Shown: one piece after another, positions 49,148-58,539 of the stretch | How positions within the stretch are numbered: position 1 is the first letter of the stretch | How the letters are laid out: each line of letters begins with the position of its first letter | Made by a program: the position numbers and the translations under genes | Source: an uncultured Candidatus Berkelbacteria bacterium | GTDB taxonomy: Bacteria; Patescibacteriota; UBA1384; 2-12-FULL-50-11 | DNA: 64,000 nucleotides | Assembly: GCA_903839975.1 (NCBI GenBank) | Contig: CAIMEH010000013.1 | Span: 15,999-79,998 of the forward strand | Direction: 5' to 3' | The notes under the pieces: generated by a model | Told to the model about the DNA's origin: nothing | What the model saw: only the letters and a program-made list of their open reading frames with translations | Database searches by the model: none

Positions 49148-52056
49148 TGGCTGAAAATAATACCGAAAAACGCAAATCGTTGTTTGATCTTGAAGAAGAA
49201 ACTTTAAAGTTCTGGCAGGAGAACAAGATCTTTGAAAAGTCCTTGGAGAAAAACGATAAGTCTAATATTTTCTCGTTCTACGATGGCCCACCATTTATTA
49301 CCGGTATGCCGCACTACGGCACGCTCTTGCCGTCGATTGCTAAGGATATAATTCCACGTTATCAAACCATGAAAGGCAAGTACGTCCGCCGAGTTTGGGG
49401 TTGGGACGTCCATGGGTTGCCGGCCGAAAATCAAGTCGAGAAACAGCTCGGGCTAAAATCCAAAAAAGACATCGAAAAGATGGGCATCGACAAGTTTATT
49501 GCCGCCTGCCGCGAGTACGTTAAAACTGGTTCGGAACAGTGGAATTGGTACGTTGACCACATCGGCCGTTGGGTTGATATGGAGCACTCTTATCGCACCG
49601 ACAATATCGAGTTTATGGAATCAGTCATGTGGATCTTCAAAGAACTCTACGACAAAGATTTAATTTATCAGGGTCGTCGAGTTTCGCTTTACTGCCCGCG
49701 TTGCGCCACCCCGCTCTCGAAGTTCGAGATTACGATGGACGACGAGAACTATAAAGACGTGGAAGACCCAGCCGTTACTGTCGCTTTCAAGCTGAAAGAT
49801 CAGGATGCTTACGTTTTGGCCTGGACAACTACCCCTTGGACGCTGCCATCCAACTTGGCCTTGGCTGTCGATGAGAACGCCGAGTATGTTAAGGTTTACG
49901 ACGCCAAAAACAAGCGCTACTACATCTTGGCTCACGAGGCGATGGTGCGCTACGACGAGATGGACTGGGAGATTAAAGAACATATTCCGGGCAAAGATTT
50001 AGTGGGCAAAGAGTACGAGCCGCTATTCAACTTCTTAGCCACCAACCCAGAGAAGGATTACCATATCTACGCTGCTAAGTTCGTAACGATGAACGAGGGT
50101 ACCGGCGTCATTCATATCGCTCCAGCGTTTGGCGAAGAAGATTTTAACTTCGGTCAAGAAGTTGGTTTGTCGATTCTGGAAACCTTGAACGACGAAGGCA
50201 AGTTTATCGAGCAGGTTAAACCTTGGGCGGGCGCTTATTATAAATCCGCCGATCCCGAGATTACCGCCGATTTAGAGAAACGTCAGCTTTTAATTAAAAA
50301 TGAGACTATTACGCACTCTTTTCCGCACTGCTACCGTTGCGGCACGCCGTTAATCTACAAGTCACAGATGCAGTGGTATCTAAAGATCTCCGAGCTCAAG
50401 AGCAAACTGCTCAGCGAGAACGACGCCATTAACTGGGTACCAGAGCATTTTGGCAAGGGTCGCTTTAACTACAATATTGAGAACGCACCCGACTGGTCGA
50501 TCTCCCGAACCCGTTACTGGGGTTCGCCGATTCCGGTTTGGGTCACCGAAAACGGCGAAAAAGTTGTAGTTGGCTCGATTAAGGAGTTGGAAGAACTTTC
50601 GGGCGAAAAAATTACCGACTTACACCGACCGAAGATCGATGACGTTGTTCTAACTCTAAAAGACGGACGCAAAGCCCATCGCGTCAAAGAAGTGTTGGAC
50701 TGCTGGTTCGAATCCGGGGCCATGCCGTACGCCCAGTTCCATTATCCATTCGAAAATAAAGAAGAGTTCGAAGCCAGTTACCCGACCGACTTTATCGTTG
50801 AATACACCGGTCAGCTCCGCGGTTGGTTCTACTACCTGCACGTCTTGGGTAACGCTTTAATGGGCAAGAACTCGTTCAAAAACGTTGTCGTTACTGGTGT
50901 GTTAATGGGCAACGACGGCCGCAAAATGAGCAAGAGCTACAATAATTTCCCAGACCCACGCCAAACACTAGAGAAGTACGGGGCAGAGTCGCTACGTCTA
51001 TTTTTCATGAACTCGAACGTCATGGCCGGCGGCGATTTGGCGGTTACCGAGGATGATATCCGCGAGCAGTCGCGCTTGCTGGGAATCCTGCACAACAGCT
51101 TTAAATACTTCCAGACCTACGCCGAGGTTCACAAATTCAAACCGATTGATGATCCCGAAAATCCTACAGCTGGTCGTGAGAACCCAACTTTAATCGATCG
51201 CTGGATATTACTGCGTTTGGAAGAGTTTATTATCGAGTACTCCGAGGCGCTCGACGCCTTCGATTTCGTGAAGTCCTCTCGCGCCATACGGCCGTTTATT
51301 GAGGACCTTTCCACGTGGTACATCAGACGCAGCCGTGATCGTTTCGTAGCGGGCGATTCTGCCGCCTTAGAGACGTTGCACGATGTCCTGACCAGCTTCG
51401 CTAAAGCGGTGGCACCGACGTTGCCGTTTAGCGCCGAATTAATCTACCGCTCGCTTACCGGCAAGACCAAAGAGAACTCAGTTCACCTACAAGAATACCC
51501 AGCCCTGCAGCATGATATCGTTAGCGAAAACAGCAATGTTTTAGCCAGGATGAGCGATATCCGCGAGATCGCTTCGATCGCCCACAAGATTCGGGCCGAG
51601 GCCGGTATCTCGCTTCGTCAGCCACTGGAATCGCTTTCAATCGTCGGTTTCAAAGAGCTGGAAACCGAAGAAGAGTTCTTGGAAATTCTGAAAGACGAAC
51701 TCAATATCTCCACCATTACCTTCGATGAGGTTGGCGGCAACTTTAAGTGCGTCGAGGCCAACGGCAAAAAAGTTTGCCTAAATCTAACTATCAACCAAGC
51801 CCTACAAGAAGAAGGTCAGTACCGTGAACTGCTTAGAGCCCTGCAAGATGCTCGTAAAAAAGCCGGCCTGAACGTCGGTGAACGGGTAACGGCGTGGTTC
51901 CATACCGACGAACAGAAAATTTCGGCCTTAATCGAAAAACGCCGCGAAGACATTCAAACAGCTCTGTCGTTTGAGGCGTTAATTCAAAAAGGCGCCCTAT
52001 CAGGAGCCGTGGAAACTATGAGCGGCGATCTGATGGTCGAATTTAAAAAGAACTAA
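49147..52056 (+). CDS. ileS: isoleucyl-tRNA synthetase
   Basis: Class I. GWDVHGLP (IleRS-type GWDCHGLP), the CP1 editing region and KMSKS (RKMSKSYNN); 969 aa. Confidence 0.85.
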   Translation: MAENNTEKRKSLFDLEEETLKFWQENKIFEKSLEKNDKSNIFSFYDGPPFITGMPHYGTLLPSIAKDIIPRYQTMKGKYVRRVWGWDVHGLPAENQVEKQLGLKSKKDIEKMGIDKFIAACREYVKTGSEQWNWYVDHIGRWVDMEHSYRTDNIEFMESVMWIFKELYDKDLIYQGRRVSLYCPRCATPLSKFEITMDDENYKDVEDPAVTVAFKLKDQDAYVLAWTTTPWTLPSNLALAVDENAEYVKVYDAKNKRYYILAHEAMVRYDEMDWEIKEHIPGKDLVGKEYEPLFNFLATNPEKDYHIYAAKFVTMNEGTGVIHIAPAFGEEDFNFGQEVGLSILETLNDEGKFIEQVKPWAGAYYKSADPEITADLEKRQLLIKNETITHSFPHCYRCGTPLIYKSQMQWYLKISELKSKLLSENDAINWVPEHFGKGRFNYNIENAPDWSISRTRYWGSPIPVWVTENGEKVVVGSIKELEELSGEKITDLHRPKIDDVVLTLKDGRKAHRVKEVLDCWFESGAMPYAQFHYPFENKEEFEASYPTDFIVEYTGQLRGWFYYLHVLGNALMGKNSFKNVVVTGVLMGNDGRKMSKSYNNFPDPRQTLEKYGAESLRLFFMNSNVMAGGDLAVTEDDIREQSRLLGILHNSFKYFQTYAEVHKFKPIDDPENPTAGRENPTLIDRWILLRLEEFIIEYSEALDAFDFVKSSRAIRPFIEDLSTWYIRRSRDRFVAGDSAALETLHDVLTSFAKAVAPTLPFSAELIYRSLTGKTKENSVHLQEYPALQHDIVSENSNVLARMSDIREIASIAHKIRAEAGISLRQPLESLSIVGFKELETEEEFLEILKDELNISTITFDEVGGNFKCVEANGKKVCLNLTINQALQEEGQYRELLRALQDARKKAGLNVGERVTAWFHTDEQKISALIEKRREDIQTALSFEALIQKGALSGAVETMSGDLMVEFKKN

Positions 52057-52299
52057 GGCTTGACGACCGAAATTACTGAGCCTACGCTTATGTCTGGAAA
52101 CGCGTAATGTACCTTTCGACGAAAGGTCGTGACTAGTGTTTTGGGACTCATCTCAAGAGAGGTGACAACTATAAGGAATTTCATTTCGTAGTGAACCGGA
52201 CAACGATAAATCCTCGGGGGCGCAGCTACTAGCGCCCCTTTAACTTTGTAATAAAAATTCTGCCCGCGGAAATAATCCGCGGGCATTGTGTTTTTTCGC

Positions 52300-54102
52300 T
52301 TACTTAACCGAAGATTTCGGTGTATGTGTTGGCGAAAGCGATCGAGCCTTGGCAGCAGGCTGGATCATAGTTATCGGGTTGTTGATGGGTACGATAGAAC
52401 CGTAGTGACGTGTTAAAGTCACCGATTTTACCGCCTGTCTTTCGCTGTTTACGGCTGCACGGACGATTACTTTTGTGGTGCCGCACTGGTATTGCGGGGT
52501 AAAGTTCCATATAGGATCTTTGTTTGAATTTAACCACAAATGAACATCCTTTGACCAAGTTCCGTAAGGCGCTAATACAAGCAAACTATCAAGCATGTAA
52601 AAGTGATACGGAAAGAATTGACCGTCGGGTAAACCAGGGTTTAACCAACTTGTGTCGAGCGAGTTGCCGTACTGGTCGTAGTCAGCCATTGTCAGGTCGT
52701 GAACTGGTAGGTAACTGCCGGTGTTGTTCTTCAGAATTATGGTGTAGTTCCAACCATCACTGGCAGCATCGACGTTATTGCTTGCTAGACTGACGTCGAT
52801 GGCCGCATCTGAGTGGTTTTTAACGAAATTTACCACTTCGGCCATCACGTTTTTGTCGGTTTTGATCGAGCAGTGTCCGGCACCTTGAACGATGTGTCGT
52901 TCGATAGCACCGGAAGTAATCTCTTCCATAACCACGTTTTTGGCCAGGGCGCTGTCTTGGGGGACAACGCTGTCCTTGCTACCAGCAAAGAAGTAGTAAT
53001 TAACGGCAACTCGTTGGTTGTAGCCGTTGTTCAGGTCGGGAAGGTTGAGGGCATTTAGGTAGCTGCTGCCAGTTGCCATTTCCGTGACGCAACCCTCTTG
53101 TTCGTACTGTGGCGTCGGACAGATACTGAACGGGTCGTTCAAAAGCTGATCCATATCACGTTTCAAGTTTGTTAATGGATCGGCGATTGTCGCGCCGGTA
53201 TTGGGAGTGCCGTAGGCAATCACATCGCTTATCTTAGTTGGGTCAATCTTGTGTTCCACAAGATCTCGGCCGATAAGACCACCACGCGAGTGCAGGAAAA
53301 GCATAATGCTTTTGTCTAGGGCGCTAATCGAATTCAGTTGTTGTTGGAAGTAGCTAACCGCCGTTGCACCACCATCGAGGTAGTTATACGGCATGCCGTA
53401 GGTAAGATACGCCCCGAAGTTCAAGTGGAGATAGTTGGCCAAGTCGGTAATAGAACCGACGTTGTCAAGAATGCCGTGTCCGACAAAGATTCTTTTTCCG
53501 GCTGTGTTAGACGAGTTGTTTAACAGTAGCGGTGTTGGCGAATCGGTATCGGGAACATTGTCTATAAACGAAGCTACCAACCAGTTCCAAGTGTTGGCGA
53601 TTGTCTGGCCGACGCTGCGATCTTGTAACGATCGGCCGGAAGCGGTGCTTAGCTGGAAAGGCGTAGCGCCTGTGCCAGTGTTAGTGGTGCTCCAGTGCCA
53701 GATCGTCGGATCATTGGCGTCGCGGTAGGCGACGATTTTTATCTCGTTGCTGTTACCACCGGCGATTGAGATATTAATCGGTTGCTGATTGGCAGCCACC
53801 GATTTTAGCTCAGTTACGTTAAAGATTTTGAGCTTAGTGTTGGCTGGCGGGTACAAGAAACCCGTTGAGTTGAATAGGTCGTTCGTTAAGGTCGTACCAG
53901 TTGGGAAGGTTGCCGTAGAAGCAGTGATTGTTTCGTTGCCGTAAACTTGGTTGACGGCCTGATTTGGGGCAACGTTTAGAACGTCAGTTTTAATTGGTTT
54001 GGTTGGGTCTGGGGGTACGGATGGGCCTGAGCCTCCACCACCACAACTTACGAGAGAGATGCAGGCAGCAATGCCAGCAAAAAGTAACGAGATTCGTTTC
54101 AT
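52300..54102 (-). CDS. lipoprotein with alpha/beta-hydrolase (lipase/esterase-like) core
   Basis: Lipobox LVSC after the signal peptide. The LHSRGG nucleophile elbow (GxSxG variant) and a GAGHCS region are present. Confidence 0.55.
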   Translation of the reverse strand: MKRISLLFAGIAACISLVSCGGGGSGPSVPPDPTKPIKTDVLNVAPNQAVNQVYGNETITASTATFPTGTTLTNDLFNSTGFLYPPANTKLKIFNVTELKSVAANQQPINISIAGGNSNEIKIVAYRDANDPTIWHWSTTNTGTGATPFQLSTASGRSLQDRSVGQTIANTWNWLVASFIDNVPDTDSPTPLLLNNSSNTAGKRIFVGHGILDNVGSITDLANYLHLNFGAYLTYGMPYNYLDGGATAVSYFQQQLNSISALDKSIMLFLHSRGGLIGRDLVEHKIDPTKISDVIAYGTPNTGATIADPLTNLKRDMDQLLNDPFSICPTPQYEQEGCVTEMATGSSYLNALNLPDLNNGYNQRVAVNYYFFAGSKDSVVPQDSALAKNVVMEEITSGAIERHIVQGAGHCSIKTDKNVMAEVVNFVKNHSDAAIDVSLASNNVDAASDGWNYTIILKNNTGSYLPVHDLTMADYDQYGNSLDTSWLNPGLPDGQFFPYHFYMLDSLLVLAPYGTWSKDVHLWLNSNKDPIWNFTPQYQCGTTKVIVRAAVNSERQAVKSVTLTRHYGSIVPINNPITMIQPAAKARSLSPTHTPKSSVK

Positions 54103-54247
54103 ATCCTTCCTCCAATATCTTTTCCAGGTTGGAAAAGTTCGTCTGCAAAAGCAGTTGGCTGAATTTTATCTGAAAACGGCTGTTTTTTCAAGGAAAGAGA
54201 AAGGGCCCGACGTTTTTATACGTCGGGCCATGAGTGTCCAGTTTGGA

Positions 54248-54916
54248 CTAACGGATCTTGAGGTCGCTTGCCTTTTGGCTTTTGACGTAAGGGTCAGTGG
54301 CAACAATTAAGGCATTGGAGGCCGCTTTGGCGATTGGGCCGGTCTTAGCGCCGCCCGAGAACCAGTTAAAGCCGAAGGTTAGCCAACCGGCTGCCACCAT
54401 CCAATCGGGTACTTTTGTTTGGTTATTTGCTTCGATGGTGCAGACTGGGGTTGCAAGATCGCCAGCGTTAACATCGACCATAACGAGGTTAAGGTTCGCC
54501 TTGGTCTTTGTCTCAGTTCCTCGAAGCGTTACAACCGAGTAGGCGTGAAAGTTGTAGTTGGCGTAGACGATCATGTCGACGTCTAGCTTCTTCCCTATTT
54601 GCAGCAAATCCTTGGGATCGGCTGTCATGTTCGGGTTGTCGCTCTGTTTATAGAAGTCGGGATTTACGTCCTTGAGCGCGGTTTGGACTTCTGCACTGTC
54701 AACCATCTTGTAGTCTTTCAAAATGAAAGCCAAGGTGTCGTCGAAAGCTTGAGGTGGCTCCTTGTGTCCAGTGTAAACCTTGCCATCCTCGAACATTCGA
54801 ACGATAACTGCGCAGTATTTAAGGCGCGGTTTTTCCTTGTTCTCTTGGGCGAACGTGGTAACCGATAGTAAGGCGGCCATAGCCGCAATGACGATTGTTC
54901 TAGCGATTTTATTCAC
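54248..54916 (-). CDS. secreted hypothetical protein; GTG start after RBS aggagg
   Basis: Signal peptide VNKIARTIVIAAMAALLSVTTFA. Confidence 0.5.
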   Translation of the reverse strand: MNKIARTIVIAAMAALLSVTTFAQENKEKPRLKYCAVIVRMFEDGKVYTGHKEPPQAFDDTLAFILKDYKMVDSAEVQTALKDVNPDFYKQSDNPNMTADPKDLLQIGKKLDVDMIVYANYNFHAYSVVTLRGTETKTKANLNLVMVDVNAGDLATPVCTIEANNQTKVPDWMVAAGWLTFGFNWFSGGAKTGPIAKAASNALIVATDPYVKSQKASDLKIR

Positions 54917-55037
54917 TCCGATCCTCCTGAATGTTGTGCCTATTAAGGCGTGCAATAACAGGCATATTGTACAGGTAATTGCTGTTTTACTCAATGGTTT
55001 TTGGTTTTGTTTTAATGGTCAGCTACAATAACCAGAG

Positions 55038-55685
55038 ATGCTTATCGCCTTTTTTCAAATTATCGCCACCTCTGTTGTTTGGGCGGTGTTAAAAATTTTT
55101 ACTCGTTTCGAGATACACGGCACGGAAAATTTGAAAGAAGTTAGTCGGCCATTTGTGGTTGTTGCAAATCATGAAAGCGTGCTGGATCCGCCGCTGATTG
55201 GGGTGATGTTGCTTCATCGACCACAGCTTTTTCCGATTCGTTTTATGACCAAAGATCTTTTGATCTATATCCCAATTTTCGGGCAGATTATTTGGTTATT
55301 GGGCGCTTTCAGGGCTCGCAAGAAGAAGGGTATTGGACGGTCGTTATTGGCGCCGGTTAAAATTCTTGAAGGTAGAAATGGCGTGATGATGTTCCCAGAA
55401 GCGCATATTATTCACGAACGGGCACATTTGGGCGAGGGTCGTCGTGGTGCGGCAATTTTGGCATTAACAACTAAGGCTCAGCTACTGCCTGTTTCTTTGC
55501 ATACTCCGGCTAATTTGAACCTGTTTACCTTTATTTTCACCAGGCCAAAAATCGTTGTTCGTGTCGGTACGCCGTATTATTTAAATAACCTGGATTACCC
55601 TGACTTCTCCGACGAAAACACCTTTGCCGCCACCAAAGTAATTATGCAAAAAATCGCCGACTTATATTTCCAGCACAAGTACTAA
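55038..55685 (+). CDS. plsC: 1-acyl-sn-glycerol-3-phosphate acyltransferase
   Basis: HxxxxD acyltransferase motif (VVANHESVLDPP) and the FPEAHII motif. Confidence 0.8.
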   Translation: MLIAFFQIIATSVVWAVLKIFTRFEIHGTENLKEVSRPFVVVANHESVLDPPLIGVMLLHRPQLFPIRFMTKDLLIYIPIFGQIIWLLGAFRARKKKGIGRSLLAPVKILEGRNGVMMFPEAHIIHERAHLGEGRRGAAILALTTKAQLLPVSLHTPANLNLFTFIFTRPKIVVRVGTPYYLNNLDYPDFSDENTFAATKVIMQKIADLYFQHKY

Positions 55686-55709
55686 GTTGATAATTGGTAC
55701 TATCAGGTA

Positions 55710-55738
55710 TTGACAGAGTATTTTTATAGTTGTATATT
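55710..55738 (+). promoter_or_regulatory. consensus-like sigma70 promoter TTGACA-17-TATATT driving precursor A and its maturase
   Basis: ttgacagagtatttttatagttgtatatt. Confidence 0.65.
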
Positions 55739-55785
55739 TTTCGTGATTGTTGAGGGGTCCGTACCCTAACATGGAGGTAAGTGAC

Positions 55786-55932
55786 ATGTCACTCGAAGAG
55801 TTGAAAAAGCTCTCGATCTCCACTTGTAATCTCGCGGTCAATTCGGTGCTAAGCAACGAATGTGACGGGGGTGACGACGATTGCGTCGACGGTCAGGACT
55901 CTGACGACGACTGCACAACGGCTGGCGGCTAG
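55786..55932 (+). CDS. RiPP precursor-like peptide A (48 aa) with Asp/Cys-rich core
   Basis: RBS ggaggt sits 7 nt before the ATG. Sequence: MSLEELKKLSISTCNLAVNSVLSNECDGGDDDCVDGQDSDDDCTTAGG. It lies immediately upstream of an rSAM/SPASM gene. Confidence 0.65.
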   Translation: MSLEELKKLSISTCNLAVNSVLSNECDGGDDDCVDGQDSDDDCTTAGG

Positions 55933-55953
55933 TTCGCAGGTCGGCATACTTCT

Positions 55954-55981
55954 GTGGGCGCGTACTTTTGTTCGCGCCCAC
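55954..55981 (+). terminator. attenuator-type GC hairpin between precursor A and the maturase (gtgggcgcg-N10-cgcgcccac followed by tattcttt)
   Basis: 9-bp GC stem with a weak T tract, suggesting partial termination. Confidence 0.55.
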
Positions 55982-55999
55982 TATTCTTTGGAGAAAAAT

Positions 56000-57223
56000 A
56001 TGGATCATAAAGCATATAAGCTAATCGTTGACGGTAGGGCGATAGTTTTCCTTCCAACACTAGGAAAATGTTTCGAAGTTTCTCCAGAGAAACTCGATGA
56101 ACTGCCCGACTACATAACCGCAGACGACTCTGTGAAACCTGTCGTCAAGAAGAAATACACCAGCGCCACCCTTGTACTAACCGATGATTGCAACTTGGCG
56201 TGTTCGTACTGCTATGAATTCGGGAAGCCAAGGCGCGACCCAATAACGATGAGTGTGGAGACGATTGAGAAAGCGATAAAAAGTCTAGTCGGGCGTGCCG
56301 TAAGTGAAAAAACTTCTGGCGTCAGACTCTACTTTTTTGGCGGCGAACCAACTTTGCGTCTCGATGAAATTATTTACGCCAAGCAACTCCTGGACAAGAA
56401 ATGCGGAGAGCTTGGCTTAAAAACCAGGTACTGCATTACTACTAATTGTTGCATGTCGGACGAAGCTGCTAATTGGGTCATGGAAAACATTGATTCAATT
56501 GGCATATCTTTCGACGGCAACAAGAGGATACAGGACAGGCAAAGAGATATGAGCTTTGATCAAGCTTTTGATCGAGCGAAACAATTCTTCTCTGTCTGTG
56601 GCAGTAAGAAAGTGAGCATTAGAGTGACAGTTTCGCTATGGAGTGCTCGTAAAATGGAAGAGATTGTCAGCTTCTTTGCGGCGAGCTTTCCCGGAGTAAA
56701 AATCTATCTTGAACCATTATTCAAGATAGGTAGAGGCAAAACAACTTCGCTTGAGATGCCAAATCCAGACAGATTCTTCAACGGATGTCTGGCTTGCTAT
56801 AAACTTGCCAAGACACTTGGGGTTGATGTTGTAACTAGCATTGGCAAACCGAGGAACGACACACCGTACTTCTGCGGTGCGCATGGTGGAGGACAAGTCT
56901 TCGCGCCTAATGGCGAAGTTCTTACCTGTCCAAGAATGTCATTGAGTTGTGAGCCCGGAAGAGACTTCTTCGTTTGCGGAGAAATTACAAATGATGGCAT
57001 TGTCTTTGATCGGGCAAAAACAGAATCGTTGGCGAGTCTACTAGACTACTCAAAGATACCTAAGTGTGCCGATTGCTTTGCAAGATATGCCTGTAGGGGC
57101 GACTGTCCGGCCAATAAAGCAGTGATTAACCAAGCTACCTTCTTCCATGAGCCTAGCTATAGGTGCGAAGCAATTAAGCGTTTCGTGTCAAAACTTTTGC
57201 TCTTGGAACTCGATTCAAGCTAA
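56000..57223 (+). CDS. radical SAM / SPASM-domain peptide maturase A
   Basis: CxxxCxxC (CNLACSYC) rSAM cluster. The C-terminal SPASM Cys pattern is CGAHGGG...CP...CGE...CADCFARYACRGDCP. Start placed at MDHKAYK after RBS ggagaaaaat. Confidence 0.85.
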   Translation: MDHKAYKLIVDGRAIVFLPTLGKCFEVSPEKLDELPDYITADDSVKPVVKKKYTSATLVLTDDCNLACSYCYEFGKPRRDPITMSVETIEKAIKSLVGRAVSEKTSGVRLYFFGGEPTLRLDEIIYAKQLLDKKCGELGLKTRYCITTNCCMSDEAANWVMENIDSIGISFDGNKRIQDRQRDMSFDQAFDRAKQFFSVCGSKKVSIRVTVSLWSARKMEEIVSFFAASFPGVKIYLEPLFKIGRGKTTSLEMPNPDRFFNGCLACYKLAKTLGVDVVTSIGKPRNDTPYFCGAHGGGQVFAPNGEVLTCPRMSLSCEPGRDFFVCGEITNDGIVFDRAKTESLASLLDYSKIPKCADCFARYACRGDCPANKAVINQATFFHEPSYRCEAIKRFVSKLLLLELDSS

Positions 57224-58144
57224 TTCACCCGGTGTTTCGCACTCTGCGACGCACCGGGCTATTTTTTTAACAAAATCCGCATCAATTGATTGGTTAGAAA
57301 TAATATATTCTTGCGCTAATGGCATTCCAATTTTGCCAGATTCGTAAATTATTTTGTTCAGTCTGTTTCTTTCTGATTTGCTCTCGGACCTTTCTTCGGA
57401 ATCCGTTATACCAAAATACTTTTCTGCAAAAATGCCACGTGGGGCAAACAGATTAACAATTGCTTCGCGAGTTAGTTGTGTTTCTTGGTTGTAAAAATCT
57501 TTCTCAACTGACTGACTTAAAAATTCTCTATATCGACTTGTTTCAAACACACTATGAATAATCTCGTGCAATACTAGTAAAATTATCCGTCGGACTAGTA
57601 TATCGCTCTCAATATTAAATACGGATAAGCCAATAAATTCGCGACTTAAAGATTTACCAAAATCGGCGCCGTATCTTGCTGGTTTGGAGTTTATTGCCAG
57701 CAACTCGATAGTAACTGGCTTGGAAATGTCTGGATTGAAGTTGCCGTAAAGTACAGACAGATCTTTAAGCGCCAGCTCAATCTCCTTTGAGTATTTTTTT
57801 ACTCCTTGATCCAAAGCTTCCCTAAAACTTTCTAATCTCTTTTGGTCGTCGGCCCAAGTTTCTTCAACAAATACTTGTAACTCTTCGAAATGTTTTGCAA
57901 TCGAAGCTGGAAAGATAGATGTGTCGCTTTCTGACAATGATTCTAGTAAGTCTGCTTTCTTGACGGTATCGAGAGATTTGAAATAACTTTTGAAATTAGA
58001 GTAATATTCAGTATCTTTCCAAGTTTGTTGCCTTATCTCTTCTGCAATCTCTAGGAATTTTTTTGAGCCGCCTTCGCTCCCGCTAGCTAGTAGTAGTGAA
58101 TAATAAACGTTAAATGCTTTATTGACCTCAAATTTTATCTCCAT
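57215..58144 (-). CDS. HExxH-motif putative zinc metallopeptidase (candidate leader peptidase); convergent with maturase A
   Basis: LVLHEIIHSVFE. The last ~15 codons overlap the rSAM-A terminator hairpin. Confidence 0.5.
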   Translation of the reverse strand: MEIKFEVNKAFNVYYSLLLASGSEGGSKKFLEIAEEIRQQTWKDTEYYSNFKSYFKSLDTVKKADLLESLSESDTSIFPASIAKHFEELQVFVEETWADDQKRLESFREALDQGVKKYSKEIELALKDLSVLYGNFNPDISKPVTIELLAINSKPARYGADFGKSLSREFIGLSVFNIESDILVRRIILLVLHEIIHSVFETSRYREFLSQSVEKDFYNQETQLTREAIVNLFAPRGIFAEKYFGITDSEERSESKSERNRLNKIIYESGKIGMPLAQEYIISNQSIDADFVKKIARCVAECETPGELA

Positions 58145-58337
58145 TTACTTGCAGAATACGCCTTGAGCAAGATAGATAAAAGAGGTGCTTTTTTGACGCG
58201 GAGGGGGAGTAAATAAATTGGGATGTGTTTTGGCTCATTGCATTTATTCTGGCCACTCATTGTAGCTATAAATTTTCGTAAAAATGTGCTACTATGACCG
58301 CATCCTGCCCATCAAGGGGCACCTTAAGGTGATCGAC

Positions 58338-58472
58338 ATGAAAACAAAGGCACGAGTTCGTGTTCCTTCCTGCTCTCAGCTCAAAAAGCTGAGGGGCAGA
58401 ATTAAGGGCTCAGCGTCTGCGGCCAATTGCGGTTCAAGCCAGTGTGCTTGTTCCTGTGCCTGCAGAAACTGA
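58338..58472 (+). CDS. RiPP precursor-like peptide B (44 aa) with Cys-rich C-terminal core
   Basis: RBS aaggtga precedes the ATG. Sequence: MKTKARVRVPSCSQLKKLRGRIKGSASAANCGSSQCACSCACRN. Confidence 0.55.
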   Translation: MKTKARVRVPSCSQLKKLRGRIKGSASAANCGSSQCACSCACRN

Positions 58473-58483
58473 ACATCGTCAAC

Positions 58484-58522
58484 GGGGTGGGAGTAGTAAT
58501 ACTTTCCGCCCCACTATTTTTT
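58484..58522 (+). terminator. attenuator/terminator hairpin between precursor B and the maturase (ggggtgg...ccgcccc followed by actatttttt)
   Basis: The same architecture and the same cccactatt tail as the hairpin after precursor A. Confidence 0.55.
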
Positions 58523-58539
58523 GATATTCAAGGAGCAAA

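Noticed and set aside
52053-52286. 77-aa minus-strand ORF between ileS and the lipoprotein gene
   Set aside because: It spans two terminator hairpins (gggcgc...gcgccc and tgcccgcgg...ccgcgggca with a T-run), so it is intergenic.
55862-55999. Upstream extension of maturase A (MTGVTTIAST...) overlapping precursor A
   Set aside because: There is no RBS, and it overlaps the precursor and the attenuator hairpin. A good RBS and an ATG at 56000 match the usual rSAM N-terminus.
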